Positions 61,681 through 64,000 of a stretch of DNA of 64,000 bases are shown in pieces (the first letter of the stretch is position 1; every line of letters starts with the position of its first letter). The stretch covers positions 113,462,001 to 113,526,000 of the forward strand of contig NC_058373.1 of assembly GCF_018350175.1 (NCBI RefSeq). The letters run 5' to 3'. The translations under genes and the position numbers were made by a program. The notes below the pieces were generated by a model that ran no database searches, had not been told where the DNA came from, and saw only the letters and a program-made list of their open reading frames with translations. Origin of the DNA: Felis catus. Taxonomy: Eukaryota.

Positions 61681-62636
61681 CTGAAGGGCAAAATTGAGAG
61701 GATGGAAGAGAGTCAGTTTAAAGAATTGCTCTAAGAAAGACCATCTCTATTCCCTCTTGTTCTTTCTCTCTGGCCGAATACAGCATAGGTTCATTTCCCT
61801 TAACACTAAATTCTAGTTGGTCTGGGATACAGCAGAGCATTTATTTACTGTTAGGAAAGTACATCCACCGAGTCAGCTGTACTTATCCAGAAAGGACCTA
61901 GAAAGGGCCTTTTTGGTCAGTAGGATCTGGAAAGAGCCTATAGATTAGGCTTCCCAATTTCTATACTCTTCGTAGCTAGGAGCTGACCCAAGCTTCTCTG
62001 CTTTGCTTTGAGTAAGGCCACTTCCTCTTCTGCCTACTCTACTTTAGGAAGTGCTGGTCATGTGTGTGAAAAACAAAACATGAACCTGGATCATGGGAAG
62101 ATCTAAGGCTAAGTTACCAGGGAAGCACAGCTTTGCACACAGTTCAATATGCAGCTGTTGAGAATAATAAACTTGTGATCCAGGATAACACATGCCTAAG
62201 AACATGGACCACATTTACTAGCTGTGTCACTTTAGGCATGATATTCAACACCTCTAGGCTTAAGTTGTTCCACCTTTAAAAGGAGGGCAATATTGGCATC
62301 TGCCTCACAGAACTATTGTGAGGCTTCAGTGAAATCATCCACTGAAAAGGCTCAGAGCAATGTCTGGCATATAGTAAGTACTCAGGAAATGTGAGCTTTT
62401 GTTCCTTTTATCAGTCATCCTCAAAGTTTCCTCTAGTTTTAATCTCATTGCTATGGTAAAGATAATCATTACCTATGTTTCTTTCCTGGCTTAATAGCTG
62501 GAACGATTATTAGTTGCTGGTCAATGCTGTCAACTCAAACGTCAATGTGGAAGGTGGCTTGAAATGGCCACATGTGTGGAGCATGGGATCAAGTGTGCCC
62601 AATGGTGGGAAGGGGGCTGGCTGCACAGGACTGTAC

Positions 62637-62725
62637 CTGCTCTGCTGTACACACCACTCCAGGACCTCTAGGTGAGCCCACAGCCCATCACAGGCATCCC
62701 TGAGGAGCTTGTCACAGCCCTGGTC
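62637..62725 (-). CDS. ZFYVE26: ZFYVE26 exon 8 (89 nt): DQGCDKLLRDACDGLWAHLEVLEWCVQQS
   Basis: cag/gtacag boundaries; within ORF 62510..62737. Confidence 0.92.
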
Positions 62726-62872
62726 CTGCATTGACATGGAGAAGGAAGAGATGCTGAATCAGGAACCTGGGGTCAGGGATTGTGACCGACCTCAGGCCCC
62801 TGCATTCTGCCTCACCTCAAAGCCTGGTATCACTCACTTCTGGAGTAGCTCACACTGCAGTGTGAGAGTTAC

Positions 62873-63037
62873 CTGGGTCCTGTGGAGTGTCTGGAGCAGA
62901 CTCTTGGCTGATGCTAGGCTCTGGCAGTGTGTCCAGCCCAGGAGCACGAGCAGTCGACTGAGAGGCCTGAATTCTCTGTCGAGTAGGCAGCCAAGACTTG
63001 GGAAGTCTTCCTCTTTCAGCAGCGTGAGTGCCGTCAC
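62873..63037 (-). CDS. ZFYVE26: ZFYVE26 exon 7 (165 nt): VTALTLLKEEDF...LHRTQ
   Basis: cag/gtaact boundaries; within ORF 62834..63157. Confidence 0.93.
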
Positions 63038-63622
63038 CTGTAAGCCGACGGAGGCTGCTGTAAGGAGTTTTGTGGACCTGCCACTCAGGGTAGAAAGCTT
63101 TAGTTGAGCAGGGAGATGCCGGACAATGAAAAAAGTGGCCAGTTGAAGACAAAACATTCACACTGTAAGCTCTCAGAAGGCAGAGACTGACTTCTGTTGT
63201 AACCTCAGGTCCTAGCACAGTGCCTGGCACACAGGATGAGGTTAATAAATACCTGTTGAGTTCAACTAAAGCTTGGCTGCGGTCTGGAAGGAGAAGGTTA
63301 GACGGATTAAATTCCCGTCAGCTAGGCAACATATTGCTGCCACAGTCTTTTCTTCCTCACACCTTCCAGAAAGCTTATACATACCCAACATCTTAGTCCC
63401 CACCAAAGAGCGGATATAAAATGACTGCAGTTCTAATTAACAATGATACTGGTTCTCAGAGCCTTCTTTCCCCTGGGACTGTGGGATGGACACACCCAAT
63501 GACACATCACTAATTAGACTGCTTTGTGTAAGATAAATGAGTGGGAGAGAAAGGAGAAACGAAAAGGTCTATAGAGAATCCCTCGGTACTTCTGTGATGG
63601 AGAATGAATACGTTTGACTTAC

Positions 63623-63753
63623 CAGGATCTGCTCGAGGAAGTGCTTGCTGTTGCTCAAGCAGTAGAAATAGGCTGATTTCCAAGCCTGGGCTGGGTCAGG
63701 ATTGGAGAACAGGGCCAGCATTGCCTGCTCAGGATCTAGATGATCGGGGGAGA
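63623..63753 (-). CDS. ZFYVE26: ZFYVE26 exon 6 (131 nt): SPDHLDPEQAMLALFSNPDPAQAWKSAYFYCLSNSKHFLEQIL
   Basis: tttag acceptor, gtaagt donor, in frame with the next exon. Confidence 0.92.
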
Positions 63754-64000
63754 CTAAAAATCAAACCAGACAGGGTTACCAGGGAACAGGAAGCTCTTCT
63801 TTCCTAAGCTAAAGCCCATTTGAAAAACCAACAGACGTGAGAATTCACGCTTTTAAAAACTTAAGCCAGGCTTTCTGTGCTTCTATCTTAAAGACTCTTT
63901 AACTTCTCTCAGTAGCTTCTGAAAAGCTCTTTCCTGCTATTGTTATTACTTTGTTATTTTTTTCCACCATTCCATCTTGGACTACAAAATCTGTACTTTT

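Larger units (their letters stand above)
4580..63753 (-). other. ZFYVE26: ZFYVE26 (spastizin, SPG15) gene, partial: exons 6-42 plus 3' UTR; 5' part outside window
   Basis: 37 GT-AG exons join in one open frame (6737 nt). Translation matches spastizin as recalled (C-terminus ...VQDICTQWLLTSH...SGSRK*; FYVE motif RRHHCRRCG). Exon numbering is by recalled human structure. Confidence 0.97.

Noticed and set aside
1..64000. A previously undescribed multi-gene system, CRISPR array or prokaryote-like operon
   Set aside because: All convincing coding signal is explained by ZFYVE26 exons and L1 ORF2 relics. The repeats are dispersed SINEs/LINEs or microsatellites, not repeat-spacer arrays.

Overview
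Mammalian genomic DNA, very probably felid (inferred from the many CAN-SINE/SINEC_Fc-type elements). The window holds the 3' ~88% of the coding sequence of ZFYVE26 (spastizin/SPG15) on the minus strand. I traced 37 coding exons by hand (numbered 6-42 after the human gene as I recall it). All have GT-AG boundaries and compatible phases, and they total 6737 nt with no internal stop. They end at TGA 6675-6677 and are followed by a ~2.1 kb 3' UTR with AATAAA at 4594-4599. The FYVE finger (WVPDE...RRHHCR...RVC) is intact in exons 28-29. Exons 1-5 and the promoter lie beyond the right edge. The introns carry ~30 CAN-SINEs (8 of a very young, CpG-rich subfamily with clean TSDs), two large L1 insertions, older L1/L2 relics, a MER21-like LTR, MER58/MER5/Tigger-like DNA transposon relics and microsatellites. 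I found no credible evidence of a wholly new biological system. The most interesting signals are: a doubly truncated L1 ORF2 insertion with TSDs; a tail-less SINE insertion; inverted young SINE pairs bracketing in-frame exon blocks (circRNA/editing hypothesis); a competing frameshifting 5' splice site at exon 15; and possible alternative polyadenylation around a 3' UTR SINE.
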